Source of the DNA: Pocillopora damicornis
Taxonomy: Eukaryota
NCBI RefSeq assembly: GCF_003704095.1
Contig: NW_020844573.1
Location: forward strand, 558,001 to 622,000
DNA length: 64,000 nucleotides
Direction of reading: 5' to 3'
Shown piece after piece: positions 43,807-57,400 of this stretch. Position numbers and translations under genes: made by a program. Within the stretch, counting starts at the first letter, position 1. Each line of letters opens with the position of its first letter. A model generated the notes under the pieces. It worked only from the letters and a program-made list of their open reading frames with translations, was not told where the DNA came from and did no database searches.

Positions 43807-46800
43807 CTACTTACTTGCTCCGTCCTTTTTTCCTTTACATTTAGGTCTGTTCCCTTTGCACATCTGTACCTCAACAAGCGGTCCCTCGCAGATATCTCCA
43901 CCAAACTGAGGTGCCGGTCCATCACACAGTCGGGACCTTGTTTGATACCCTTTGTCACAGGTCGCGCTGCACCCGCTCCAGGCCGCCCACCGTCCCCAAT
44001 GACCGTTTAAGGGGACTGGAATCAAACATAGATTCATATCGTATGGTTAAATACTACAGTTTGATTGGGTTAGCCACTGTGATATATGGCTCATTATTCA
44101 ACTCTACACCGACAGTCTCCTGGCGTGCAGTGGTGTTATTTTTTTCTTGCAGATTTCTTCGGCAAAATGTCGTCTCTAATTTTTCGTTCCGCTACATTTA
44201 TCAGTCTTTCACTGTATCAGGTCAATACAAAGGATGTATTTTACAGGATACGATACGTACGCGTATACCAAATCATAGTTTTGCGAAAAAAAAAGTTATT
44301 TCTTTACAAAACGCCTTTTTCTTCTTCTAAAATAAAGATGTTTAAAAATGAGTCTTAAAGATAGAGAGAAATTTATATCATCCTACCATTACACTCTTCA
44401 GAATCACAACGTTTGGTATCAGTCTGTATTCCGTCTTTATCTACCCCTGGGCATTTTTTCCTGTCTTTTGCCGCACAGAACCTTTCACGCACCATTGTGC
44501 AATGTATGTCACAGGGACCCCACTCTGTCCATCTACTCCACTGACCACTGGGAGCTGTTTGAAAATTGTCAAATAATTCAGTTAAAGCATAGGTGTGAAA
44601 TATTTAAAGGGGTTTCATACCCTCGAGAAATGTTCATTTCGACTCGTGAAGACAACATTCTAGGTGTGGCTGACTTCCCTAATTTCCTTTATAATCGATG
44701 TCCATCAAACCATAGTGACAACGTTTTTGATATGATCCGGCATTTGCAACCCCTTAAAGAAACTTTGGAAAATTGAAAGATGTGAAAGTTTCAGATTTTC
44801 AAAGTTAGACAAAATCTGTGGTTTTCATGTCTGTCAGATTCGAAGAGAATCTTCGGTAATCATTATAAATGCCAGAGGTGTAACTCACCTGTGTGTGTGA
44901 CACCAATAACCCTAAAATGTCACGTTAAAAATTATGACACAAGAAAAGAGAGGAACGACAGATAGAACGAAAAAAGGGAAGTAGCGATATTAAGTTATGA
45001 TGGTTTCTAAGAAACTCAACTCTTACTTTTGCAGTCATAGATGGCGTTTATTTGTAGAATGTCGGTCTGGCTGAGCTTTAGTGTTTGCCCGAACAGCAAG
45101 TTGGGATTTTTCAGTGCAACCATGGTCATCTTTTTGTTTTTGGAGTACAGATAGTTTCCATAATGCATAATACTATCAAAGTCATACATTCCACCAGCAA
45201 AATCTACTTCATTTACGGAATGTTCGTTGAAATTTCTCTCTTGACCTGTGGGAAAGGACATGGTAAACAAAAGGTTTCTTAATAATTGATATGGAAATAC
45301 CAATACCTGTGATATCATTATCTTGATTAAACATACCGTATTTTCTCGGATAAGCACCCGGGCGCTTATTTAAATCCCGACGTTTATTTATCAAAAAGAA
45401 TCCATGTTGCCGTCAGTTCACGATCAGTAGTAGTTACAGATGGCGTTAAAATGTGGGAAAAACACAAAAGTGTCACACGAGGCGAGAACCAGTTCACAAC
45501 GAAAGGAAAACAGGATACTGAATTAAGTAGATCTGGCTGGTTAGTTCAATCTTTTCTCTCACCTTTTTGAATATTTTCCCATAGCACTGCTATATATTTG
45601 TCCCGATCCGTGCGGGATTGCTCGTGCCAGAATCCGAGGGCATGCATGAGCTCATGGAGTATGATTCCCTTACTGTTACACCCATCTCCAATGGAAAGCT
45701 CTTGTGCACCAGGCACACTATACTCTCGGCCGACAACGGAATAACATCTAAAGAGACAACACAAAATGATTTTTAGTAAAAGCGATAATTCTCTTTTTCT
45801 TTTTTTCATATGGTCGATCTGAGTCTTGAACGCTAATTATGGGTAAAAGTTAAAGTCTGCATGAGAGGTAAGAGGCCAATCCAGCCCAACATATCCCCGG
45901 ATGGTGTCCGCAGCATGAGGAGAGGGGGGTTACTGCTGCTAGCCCGGGATGAGATGCTAGTCTACTGCAGGTTGCCTCTAACATTTTTCAAAGTCACCCT
46001 GTCATATCGCTTTTCCTATACTCCTCGGTTGGAGAGACGCACCGCTAGAATAAATGTCTTTCCCAACGAAAGAACAAAATTACCCGCCCAGAAATCGACC
46101 CCGACCTTTTAATCCAGAGCCAACCGCGAATACGTCTAACAAAGGTAAATCTTGTCATAAATGCCGGAATACAAATCCATCGTAACTGCCTCTTGTTCTC
46201 TCCCTAACTTTACTATAACTTAACCGAGTTACTCCGTTAGGAGACTGGATCCCCCATACAAAGCTTGTTTTAAGGATAATCCCTCTCAACTCATTTGAAG
46301 ATTCAAGAATGGTCATCTGAGGTCTCCTGCAAATCCTGGGGATTCCGGGGATTTTGATGGGTAACATTTCTCGAATTGTATTTATACTCCTAGAGTGAGA
46401 CACCTCTGAGTTTTGTTTCCTCCGTCACTAAAATCCACTTTTCTCTCACCCGTTCTTCTTGACCATCCTTATCCAGTGTTTATCTCCTTCCTTCTTATCT
46501 TTGAAGCGCACGCAAGACACATCTTGTATGGCTTTCATGGCAGCTCGAATATTATATAGTGCATCACCTGATTCAAAGGAGATAATGATGTACTTTTACA
46601 GAACTGTTAAAAAAACTGAATCTATGTCAGTATCTGAACGATTACGCACCTACCCCTCCCTTAACCCGACAACAGTCAACTGATAACAAATTAGGGTTAA
46701 CGTTGGGGAGGAGTGGGTGCGCAGTTGCTCATATACTGACATTGAACAGAAACCTAATCATTACCGGTACCAAAATGTACGAATCTGATTGGTTGTAGAC

Positions 46801-47736
46801 GGCACTTTTTTTCGGTCATAAACTGATATTAACATCTTAAACGTCACTCACCCAAAGCAACTGTGGCCGTCACTGGAATGATCCTAGACGGCCAGATCTT
46901 TCTACGCGTGCGCACACCTTTCCTTTTTTCTGCATTTTCCTCGATATTTTCGACTTTAACCTGGGCGCCCTTAGCATCTCCTGTTTCACTAGTATCTACC
47001 AGGTCGAAGTCACTTTTAGTGAGTTTGATGTCGGTTTCGAAGAGATTCTTGTTTTCTTCTGCCAAAGAAGAAACACAAAATGCAAAATGTGAGGTTAATG
47101 ATTGGCTGTGTGCTTCTTAAAAGGTTTCTTAGTTGCATGACAGGGCAATATTCAATGAAAAGTGGATAGCAATCCTGGTGCCATCAGCTTTGCTTCAATG
47201 CACTCACTAAAAAACTCCTGTAAAACTCCCGCGACTCTCTCGACCAATCAGATGCAAAATCACAACAAATTGCATACGCTACTCGCCGGCGTTTTCCCGC
47301 GTGTCAGGCAGTTTAGTTACGGGTTCCTTGTGTGATTTTTCTCTGTCATGATTGGCTGTTGGGATTATTTTGGTTTTGGATTGGTGATACTGAGTTGATC
47401 TACGCTCTACTGAAATGGATGAGAGATCGTGATGCAGTTACTAACCATTTTAAACATAAGTACCGTACCTTCATTAATCTCCTCGATTTCGTTTACCACG
47501 GAGGAATCTGTCAGATTCTGTGGAACCGTTTTGTCCGTTCCATCAAAAACAAGGTGGTGGCGTCTAGGTTTACCTGTCGTTCGAAGGGGGCAAGATTCAG
47601 TCATGATTGCATGTCAAATATGATGATATGAAATTCTGAAGCAATGCTTGTGTCATTTATTGAAAAGAAATAACCCACCATGCAGAGGATGCGAGACACA
47701 AAAAGCAATCCCGAAGAAAAATGTTGCCAGCAACAT
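43807..47736 (-). CDS. Astacin metalloprotease with two TSP1 repeats, copy B; 3' end uncertain. Exons about 47736-47679, 47573-47469, 47058-46852, 46568-46451, 45747-45563, 45245-45027, 44554-44387, 44015-43807
   Basis: Signal peptide [19 protein letters not shown]; LFETDI; KR/KG; [18 protein letters not shown]; SIMHY; TSP1 [10 protein letters not shown] and [14 protein letters not shown]. Confidence 0.92.
45843..46125 (+). mobile_element. Dispersed SINE-like repeat; related fragments near 17785-17925 and 55960-56100
   Basis: Shared blocks resembling gggatgagatgctagtc, ggagagacgcacc..gaataaatgtctttccc and atccagagtc. Confidence 0.45.
46618..46745. mobile_element. Short palindromic MITE-like element in an astacin B intron
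   Basis: atgtcagtatctgaacgattacgcacctacccctcc and ggaggagtgggtgcgcagttgctcatatactgacat form a long imperfect inverted repeat. Confidence 0.7.
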
Positions 47737-48866
47737 TTTGGTTAGCTAATCAACGGGAGTAAAATTGGATGTATCTTTTAAAACGCAAACTGATGTCAGG
47801 AGTGGTTCTTCTGCTTCAAATCATGTTTTTTTCACAATCGACCTCTTGCTATCTTGTTGCCTACATTTGGGGAGAGTTTCTGCCGATCAACAGTGCAAAA
47901 CGGTGTTAGATGCGTTAATAACCATGTCCACACTGGAGGGAAAAAAATCATGAAGATGATTAGTTGTAACAGATGTACAGCAGGAGAATGAGAGGTCATC
48001 AAACAGTCATTTTCGTTAAAGTAGCATCAGTGGAAGAATAATTACAGAATTGTGAGGAGCAAAGCTGATGAAAAAAAGGGAAAAGAGAAGAGAAACAGCA
48101 CTCAAAGAGAGAAATAGATAAAAGGCCATTTAGTTATTGTATACTGATTTATATTTACTAAACATGCCCTTAGTATTGTCATGTGTCAAGTTATCATTTA
48201 TTCAAGCATTGTTCATTGCTCGATCATCACATGGTTCTTGGCGATGATAACACTTTTCTGGCTCCTTCAACAAAATACTTGAACATTGCAAAGGAACTGA
48301 AAGATCCTAAACATCATTCTATCATTGATAAAGTGGTAATATGTTGTTGATAAGAATATTATCAGGATGTGAATGAAGTGTTTATTTTTTTGTCAACATG
48401 CCGGCGATATTTTTCACACTTTGGGCGAAAGCAAAGTAACCAGAACTTATTCACGAAATGAATAAATTCAAATGGTATCAAAACTCCACCTACCTTTGAA
48501 ATCAGAGAAGAAATTCCGTAGGTTAATTTTTTTTTTTTGCTATCGGATGACGCTTGAAGTAATTCACAAATTAGTAAAAAGATTTTCTTGAATCGCGCTA
48601 CTAGAGTATATTTGTTTCGTAACAGGTGCCTGCGGGTGCTTTCTGTTATTCAATTATATATCACAACTTGGAAGTCTTTTTTTAGCTGATAGGAAACAAT
48701 GGACACCTTTCAGTTCACGATAATTAGTCAAAGCATTTAAAGAAAATTTTCCCAAAACGCCAATGTNNNNNNNNNNNNNNNNNNNNNNNNNNNNNNNNNN
48801 NNNNNNNNNNNNNNNNNNNNNNNNNNNNNNNNNNNNNNNNNNNNNNNNNNNNNNNNNNNNNNNNNN

Positions 48867-51800
48867 TGAATTCTGTATCTCTTTGTTGCTCCCGGACACT
48901 TTTCCAGTTTCTTTGCTGAGCAGAATCTTTCTCTCTCCCTTGTGCACTTCTTGTCACAGGGTCCCCAGTTACCCCAGTTACTCCAACCACGACTTTTGTC
49001 GGCTTTCAGAAATAAAAACAACGCAATATTATTTTTTAAAAAGGTTCAAAAACAGTTGGTGAAGTCTCTATAGTTTTCAATCTTCATTCTTAAAACTTGA
49101 TGCTCCAAGCCAGTCTTAGGGTAAGACGTGTACCAATAAAGTAATTGTGCCATCCAATACGTCATTTTAAGTATCTATGTCACTCACCGAACATTTTGAA
49201 ATATTTCATATAAATCAAGCTTTGACTTCGTCCATATTGTCATTTGTAATCCGGGTTCATTACACCCATTTTGAAATCGCTGGTGATCCTTGCAATCTGA
49301 TTAGCTCTCAGCGATGTGATTTAATCACGAATTGCACAATTTTTTTTCTGCAAATCGCATCCATTTCCCAACCAATGAGGAAGCAACACTAAAAGGGTAA
49401 TTTATGCAAACTTTATAACATCTGTAGTGATTATTTGTATTTGTGTGATTAAATTGTGATATTTCAAAATCGATGTGATGTAAAGGTAATTGAACTTTGT
49501 GTCGTGTATTTTTGGTTTGCAAATATACTTGTGATTTCTTATTTTTCTTGAAGTCACTCACATTTACAGTCGTATACATTGTTAAGTTGTATTACATCTG
49601 TTGGGCTCAGTTTAGCGATTTGCCCGAACTGTAGTGTCGGATCCTTTACAGACAACATGGTTGGTCTCTTGTTTTTGGAAAACGCGTAGTTCCCATAATG
49701 CATAATACTCGAAAAGTCGTAAGAGCCACCATTGAAATCCATATCCTTTGGTTTGTAGCGGTTAAAATTATGTTCTTGCCCTAGAAAAAAATAAACGAGA
49801 AAAAGTGAATTTCCTATTTCTCTCGTCCCTTTGCACGAGCGTAAACACTATTGTCCTGTATCCTATTGGAATCTGGGAGTCTCTACTACAACTGCCTTGT
49901 ATAACTACTTGGTATTGTTATTAATATTATTATTATTATTGCTACTACTATTAGTATTATCCTATCAATAGCAATTTTCGTATTGTCTGCAACACATTTC
50001 ATACAGATTTTAAATCTGAGCGTTTGGTGCCACTCCAGAGAGTACAGGTAACTTCTTGTCCATAATGTTACTTTTCTCGTGATCTTTCTCCCTAGCATCG
50101 CACTGGTATTATAAAGTAGAATTACCAACAAGTCACTCCTGGGAGTGAAAGGATCAATCCAATCATAGATACATACCCTTCTGGATGTTCTCCCAGAGCA
50201 CTTCAAGAAAGTCATCTCTGTCTGACCTGGACTGTTCGTGCCAGAAGCCAAGCGCGTGCAGCAACTCGTGCATAATAATCCCCTTATGGTTGCATCCTAT
50301 ACCGATGGACAGCTCCTGCGCTCCGGGTGAGGCATATTGACGGCCAACTGGTGAAAAGCAACTGACAGACAGGATGGAAGCGTCATGCAACCGAATGTTT
50401 TGGCTCATAACAACGTAAACAGCATTCAAACAAGCGAGTTTTCCTTCACAGATGCTCTTTTAACGAGTTTCTGTAGACAGTATACGGGGGAAACGCGACA
50501 CGTTTTTGTAAAGCAAATGCGCATGCCCTAAAGTGACGTAACAGTGTTTGGCTTCTTGAGGAAGGAGTTAGTAGAAAGGACTCCCGTGCTACTCTTTGAA
50601 GAACGAAAACTTTTCTAAGAGAAGAACTGAACGGTGTTTCTGACATGATGTGTACCAGAGACCACGAAGTTTTGAAGTGTGTGTTTCAGTAGTTGAATGA
50701 GAGAGCTAGTTTCTGTATGTGGTGTGTAGCATCTAAGCTGAGATTCGTGGATTAAAGTGTTCAAAATAGTCTGGTGTCGACTGAAAGATATTTTGTTCCA
50801 CTTTGCTTTCGTAAAAAACTCCACCATTGGACATTCTAATCTTGAGTTTCTGCTTCAGCAATTATCTATGACAAGTTTTGTTAATGTATACGGCAAACGA
50901 GTCGTCTTTGGTAGAACGTTTCTGAAAGTTTGCTTCTTCGGAATTCAGAAAAAATGAAAACACAGTTACGATCTTTTTTATATTTTCGTCAAAAGTCTTG
51001 CGTAATTTTCAGACTTAGGCCCAACAATGAAGCCCAAAGGCAAGACTAGGTATTAAAAAAAAATAAAAAATTACGAGTTCTATGAAACCATAGCTGGGAC
51101 GGTAACTAGAACGGTAGTTTAGACAAGTTTCAACTTGAATTCAAAGCTGCATTCACAGGCATGTTCTTCTTTTAGGGGGGGGGATGATCTTAAACTGCCA
51201 GAAACGGTAAATGCATCACGCAACTGGCCAAATTTTTAGGAGAAATGAAAGCCCGTTTACGCCGGCGTTGTAGTCATGACATGTAGGACTCCTCAATTAT
51301 CTATGGCACAAAATATATCTTGCTATGGACTAGGTGAATTGAGAATGACTGAGTCTCTTTCCTAATATTCTCTAATGGTCTACTTACCCGCTTTTATTAA
51401 CAAAACGTATCCAGTTATCGTCATCTTTGTCCCTCATCCTGAATCGAATGCACGATTTTGACTGAATTTCGCCTAAGGCCGCCCTAATATTGTTATAACC
51501 ATCTTCTGTTTGGGTTAAGAAAAAAAAGGATGTGGTTTGTGTTTTTTCAAACGAATTTCACAATCGCTTTCAGGCCAGCATTCGTCATCTCTCCTTTTAA
51601 TCCTTTCCCTCCTAAAGTCTGAAACTAGATTCTCCTCGCTAATGTCCTACATCTCTTTGTTAGAAATTGTTCTCATGCGCAAACATAACAATGTCTTTTT
51701 ACTGATAAAAGGGGATAATTTTCTAAAGATATTATGGTGTCATGTCGGTATTTAACGATTAAAACTGGTTCTATCAACTCAGTTCATGCTGTGAATTGTT

Positions 51801-53371
51801 CACTGTAAAGAGTTCTAATGCTGACTTTTGAACTTAAGCCCTTCGTCAGAGGGAATAAGTTTTGATCTGTGGGGGGGAGTAAAAACGTTATAAGTTTGTT
51901 GTTATAACTTTTATCGCCGCCAACGATTTCTCCGCTTTTACCTCATTTGGCCCGGTTCTTAAGTCATAAGTGAGGACAATTTGTGATAACTTACTTGCCG
52001 ATACCGCTAGCTCAAGAGGTACCTCCTTAGTCACCCATAGATGTCGCCGGGAACTGATGGCCTTGCGCTTGGTAAGCACACTGTCTACATCAACATCTGC
52101 ATTATCTTTAGAGTTCTGATTCTTGGTGTCCACGCCCGCTCTGTCACTTTTAGTCAGCTCTATGTCAGCCTCGAAAATGTTTTTGACTTTCTTATCAACG
52201 TGGTCCTCTGAGTGGATGTGGTACAAATGATATTAAACATTTTGTTTACACCAAAGCTAGATCAGAGAAACACAATCTTACCTTCGTTTGCTTCTTCGAT
52301 CTGATCTAAAATCGTGTTTTTTTTTAGGCCATCAGGGTTATCTAAAATGAGGATTAAAGATGGAAAATTTAGGAGTGTAATCCTAAGCCTATAGGCCCAT
52401 GCGTGAAGGAAGGTCGTGCGCGCCCTTGGGAATTTTTCGCACGTGTGAACGAAGGTTGCACACGCGTCAATAAAGGTTGCACACGTGTCAACACGCAAAG
52501 GTCGCACACATGTGAGCTGAGGTTGCGCACTTTTCAGTAGGCCCCAGTTGTTCGAAGATCGGATAACGCTATCCACTGGATAAATCTCTATCCGGTGGGG
52601 AATGCTATACTTTTGCTATTACTTATAGCGATTTATCCGTTGGATAGTTTTATCCGCCCTTCATACAACTGGACTCGGTAGTCTCGGAGAATAGGGCAGT
52701 GCGCATGCGAACAAGAGCCAATCAGCTTACCTGATAGGCTGTCAAATGGGGTAAGTTACAAACAGTCACATTCGTCGTTTCAGATGATTCACACAAATAG
52801 CTGAAAGTTGGAGCATGCGCCCCTGAGCCTAACAAGGTAACCTGTTCGGGAGAATCCTTTAATGAAAAAGCAAAAGGCAGTTTCCCTATAAACTTTCTAC
52901 AAACCTACCTATAACACTTACATAATTTTAAGATCAATAGTTGTGTCGCATTATGCAAATCTATTAAAATAGACTAGAAACTTAGAGCTGAAGTTCTCTC
53001 GTTCATGAAAATCACCCGGCCTTTATTTTGAAGCGTGAAGCAAAGAATTAATCAAGTAACGGTCAATATACTGAAAGAACCTCAACCCAACTCATGTGCC
53101 ACATTTAATAAAAAATTATAATATTTAAAACTTTTCGAGAAGAAATTTTTCATTCCTCTATATTTCCTTGTACGGTTTAAAAGAACTGGTACCACATGCC
53201 GACCCGGAAAATACGATGAACAAAGAATTTATTACGCTCTATCAATACGAAGAGTAATCATGTTTACCTAAACAATTTGGGCTATTTACCGTTTTCGTTA
53301 ACAGCTATCTTCCATGGTTTCGGACTGGTTACCTCCAAGCAGAAAGCGAGACACAAGAAAAATAAAAACAT
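48867..53371 (-). CDS. Astacin metalloprotease with TSP1, copy C; 3' end lost in gap 48767-48866. Exons about 53371-53290, 52341-52282, 52207-51995, 51505-51388, 50361-50177, 49780-49562, 49002-48867
   Basis: Signal peptide MFLFFLCLAFCLEVTS; IFEADI; KR/KA; [18 protein letters not shown]; SIMHY; TSP1 WSNWGNWGPC. Confidence 0.9.
51765..51856 (-). mobile_element. Decayed fragment resembling Penelope-associated minimal hammerhead repeats
   Basis: Minus strand CTCTGACGAAGGGCTTAAGTTCAAAAGTCAGC. The CUGACGA core and GUC triplet are retained but the GAAA box is altered. Confidence 0.45.
52400..52530 (+). repeat. ~21-bp tandem repeat (AAGGTTGCACACGTGTCAATA-like)
   Basis: About six degenerate units are visible. 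Confidence 0.75.
52541..52674. mobile_element. Palindromic MITE-like element
   Basis: ccagttgttcgaagatcggataa and ttatccgcccttcatacaactgg form inverted ends; internal GGATA/TATCC motifs. Confidence 0.7.
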
Positions 53372-54496
53372 CTCACATGGAAGGTAATCGTTGGACTGTT
53401 TCCACAGAGAATTCGTGAACTAAATCAGTGGCTGTTGTAACCTATAAGGTATGAAACGTATGGGGTGANNNNNNNNNNNNNNNNNNNNNNNNNNNNNNNN
53501 NNNNNNNNNNNNNNNNNNNNNNNNNNNNNNNNNNNNNNNNNNNNNNNNNNNNNNNNNNNNNNNNNNNNTTTCTTACCTGAGCTTTGAATTTTCCTGGCTT
53601 GTTTAACGAAACAAAACTAGAAAAAAATCCATTTCCACGAGAATAGTACATTCCATATCGCTTAGAGCCAGTAATTCTCCAAATCGGAAAATAAAATACT
53701 AATAAAAGGGAATTTGTCGAAAACTTTTAGGAAACAAGTATTTTGATTTTCGGTTTTGTTTTTTTGAAGATTTCCTTACGGATAATTGACACGATTTCAA
53801 GTAATATTTGTGGAAAGGCCTAGAAGATAAATTATCAAACATTTCTGCATACAACTTGCTTCTGTTTTGTCAAGAAAAAATAGAGGAAAAGGTGGCTGAT
53901 GACGAGTTAACGTAACTAANNNNNNNNNNNNNNNNNNNNNNNNNNNNNNNNNNNNNNNNNNNNNNNNNNNNNNNNNNNNNNNNNNNNNNNNNNNNNNNNN
54001 NNNNNNNNNNNNNNNNNNNNNNNNNNNNNNNNNNNNNNNNNNNNNNNNNNNNNNNNNNNNNNNNNNNNNNNNNNNNNTTCATTAGCCTCTCCTCACTGTC
54101 ATTGTATAATTTGAATCGGTCATTTAGGAGAGTCGAGTTTTAGGACAGGTTGACTGATCTGTAGTGACAAAGCCCTCCAATATAACGTTACTTCTTTAAA
54201 CAATTATTATCAACTCACTTAGAGTTTTTGTAAAATCAAAGCAAGTAATGCTATCTTCCTGATAAAAGAATAATTTCACATTTAATAAAATCTATTCTAA
54301 TCCTTTTAAATATGGGCCAATTTCATCTCGTCTCAGTTTTCCAATAAGGAGTATTTTCATCCATTGCATTAAGTCTTAAATATCAGTGTCATTACCTAAT
54401 TTCAGGTCCTTTTACTGTTCGTAAGCAGTTACTTTCATTTAATCATTACAACAGATAATTCATTATGAATCATTTTTCAAGCAAGTCAAAAAGTAT

Positions 54497-57400
54497 TCAT
54501 CTTTTTCGTTGTCTTCCTTTTCCCTTCTGTGCACTTCTTCTGTTCCCAGTCCTTTTCAGTTTTCTTTCGACCGGTTTATGGACGGTTGCCGCCGGTGAAT
54601 CATACTGACCACTTAAAAATATTGCGGGCTCAGACATTGAATTCTGAGTATTTACCTTTGCTAAGGTATCCTCTTCCTCCAGCGTGATTGGTTGAGAGCG
54701 CCTATCCCCACGGGGGGTGGCAGGGGCCGATAGTGATACTGGATTTCTCCAGGCAGTTAAAAGCCGTAGATTTTCTGCAGACTGTGAGCGTGACAGGTTT
54801 CCTACAGGCGAGGAATTTCCGGTAGAGCAATTTTCTTGAACAGATTGAAGCACCGAGTTGGTAAGTTCCATTTCTATGGCTTCTGCTGCCTCCTCCACCG
54901 AAATGGTCCGAGCTACAGTCGTTTTGTTGGGCGGAGGTGACTGTTCGAGTACGCTCGCTAACGCCTCAGCCTGAGAAGTTGTTCGTCGTCCTGTGCCGTG
55001 GACTGGTGACAAACACTGTTCGGGCGTAGGCATGGCTGCAGGAAAAGAAGCATGAGCGCCATCCTGTGACATATCACCTATCGACTGCGCATGCGTTTGA
55101 GGTTGCTCGGGTCCGTCAACACCCTCATTCGCGGACTCGTTTGTTTGAGAATCTGTCGGGGATTCGAGTTGTCCTGGGCCTAAATTAACATAAGCCGGAG
55201 GTGTAATGGAATAATAGTGTGACGGGGGAGAGGCCATAGCTGGCAGTTCTAACAGCTGAGCTATGCAGTGCAGTTTATGTTGTCTAAGCATCGTTCGCCG
55301 CCTCTGGAGGCGCTGCTTAGCCGACATGCAACGGATATAATCATCAAAGATGAATTTGGCAGACAAGATGGGGCGAGAGCGGACCTTGGTAAGGCTGCGG
55401 GCAGAGCTGGGCTGGTGTATGGTGATGAATAAAGAGCGACTGTCTTCCTTATCGGGAGCTGTCTCTACATCCTAAAACCCAAAATAAAAACCGTGTTACT
55501 ATGACAAAAGCATAAAAGAAAGAAAGCTCATTGTTCTGCTTTATGGGTGCCTTGCCGTGCAGGGGACAGTCACAGAGCAACACAACCTCTAAGGGCTACT
55601 GGGGTTGTGAACTGCTGGATTTTATTTACACTTTCATTCGCTCCCAAATCTGCCCACAGAGTATCCAGAATATCGTAAAGGAAAGGTGCAAGAGGGATAT
55701 ATTTCTCAATACAAATCAATGAAGCTCAAAACCACCCAGCAGTCCCTAAATTGGAGATGCGCACTAAGACAGTCATTGATAAAAGATAGAGAAAGGATAC
55801 AAAACAAACCAACTCCCCTACCTGAAGTCTGGCGACAAACTTGACCACACCCCACCCCAACTTGGTGGTGTCTGGTTCAACCAGTATAAACTGAGCCTCG
55901 TCTATCACAAGGAAACGGCGCTGCTGCTGCCTACAAAACATTGAAACAAAAATGATATTGCTATGATCGGGCTTTTGGGGTAAAGAAGTAACGTGAGTGT
56001 CTCGTGTTTTTCCAACAATAGAATACAAAGAAGAAGGCCACGATCCTTTGATCCAGAGTCAAGTTCACGCGCGCACAGATCATTAGGCCACCATGTCTTG
56101 CGCGAAATCTCGATTTAGGGCATTCTCCTGGTTCTAAAGCTTAAGCATGTAACTTACTTGTCTTCTGTCTTCACTGTACAAGCGATCAGGTCACTGTTAT
56201 CTAAAGATCGAAAAGAAGAACATTTAGATGCTTCCCACAACTTTTTTACAGTTTTGATCGGCGCATAATAAAGTGACAATCATATAACCTTATTTCAGTG
56301 TGACTCACTTAAATCCAGGACGTCTTCCAAATGGACAGAGTTTTCAACTTTTGATAGAGGTAGTTGCTCTTCTTTCTTCCCCAGCAGTGCTAAGCAAAGG
56401 TCTCTCATGAGCAGAAACACTCGAATTGCCTGAAAAATATTGAAGCTGCTTTCAAACTTGAAAAATATCAGGCTTATGAGGATATGACTTCTTTGAGTAA
56501 ATTAATGCTTCGCGTAAGAACAAAACACAATAACAACTTCTATTGAATTTCAATGACACAAACCACTCCTTTCCATTGTCACGAAAAGTTTTCCCTATGA
56601 ATTCGGTGACAAACCCCTCCTCACTCCCCACAGTTTTCACCCTTTACACCCTAACATCAGTATGCATATTCTCAATACTTTCCTCTTTACATTTCTTATA
56701 AGGCTGACAAGGAGAATTTGTGTAACAATCTGGAACATCTTTAATTGGTGATCATTTCCTTTACTCTCGTGACCTTTACGTCTGTTTCTGGGGGGATATT
56801 GTAAGGAGAATCTAGATGCTAGTCACTCTCAGGGGTCAAACTGAGGGTCAACAGTTCACATGAGGCTGGAGGCACTAACGTCACCGAAAACAGTTCAAGA
56901 TAAAAAGAACTCACCCTTCGAGTATGTTCCACTTCTCCACACGGCAGGCGCTTGTAAAACTCAATTCCGGTCAGCGGTGTCCCCGTAATAGGAAGGAGTA
57001 GCGTAGCATCCATCATCAAGTGTTGCACGTTGGGAGGCTTTACCTAGTTGAGGAAAGTAATTGAACTTATTCATGGCTCCCACGATTGTATGTCATGTCG
57101 AGTAGACTTGCTATAAACAACTAGAGACTACGGCTTTATAGACGGTCCCAAGCTTACTCACTATCCCAACATTTTCAGGGATGAATTTAGAGAAAATCTG
57201 CGTAACAAGCCGAGGGATTTGTGAATGTGAGTTTCAAATCTCTCCACTTGGTAAAGCGCTTCTCTAAAAAGAGGCAACGAAACCAAAATAAGAAGGCAGG
57301 GGACGACAACTTCCACTGAATTACCCGGGATTGGATCAAATTATTCCCACCTTTGCAATTCTTGCCATTACCCAGTCCTCTGGCCAAATAATACTGTAAT

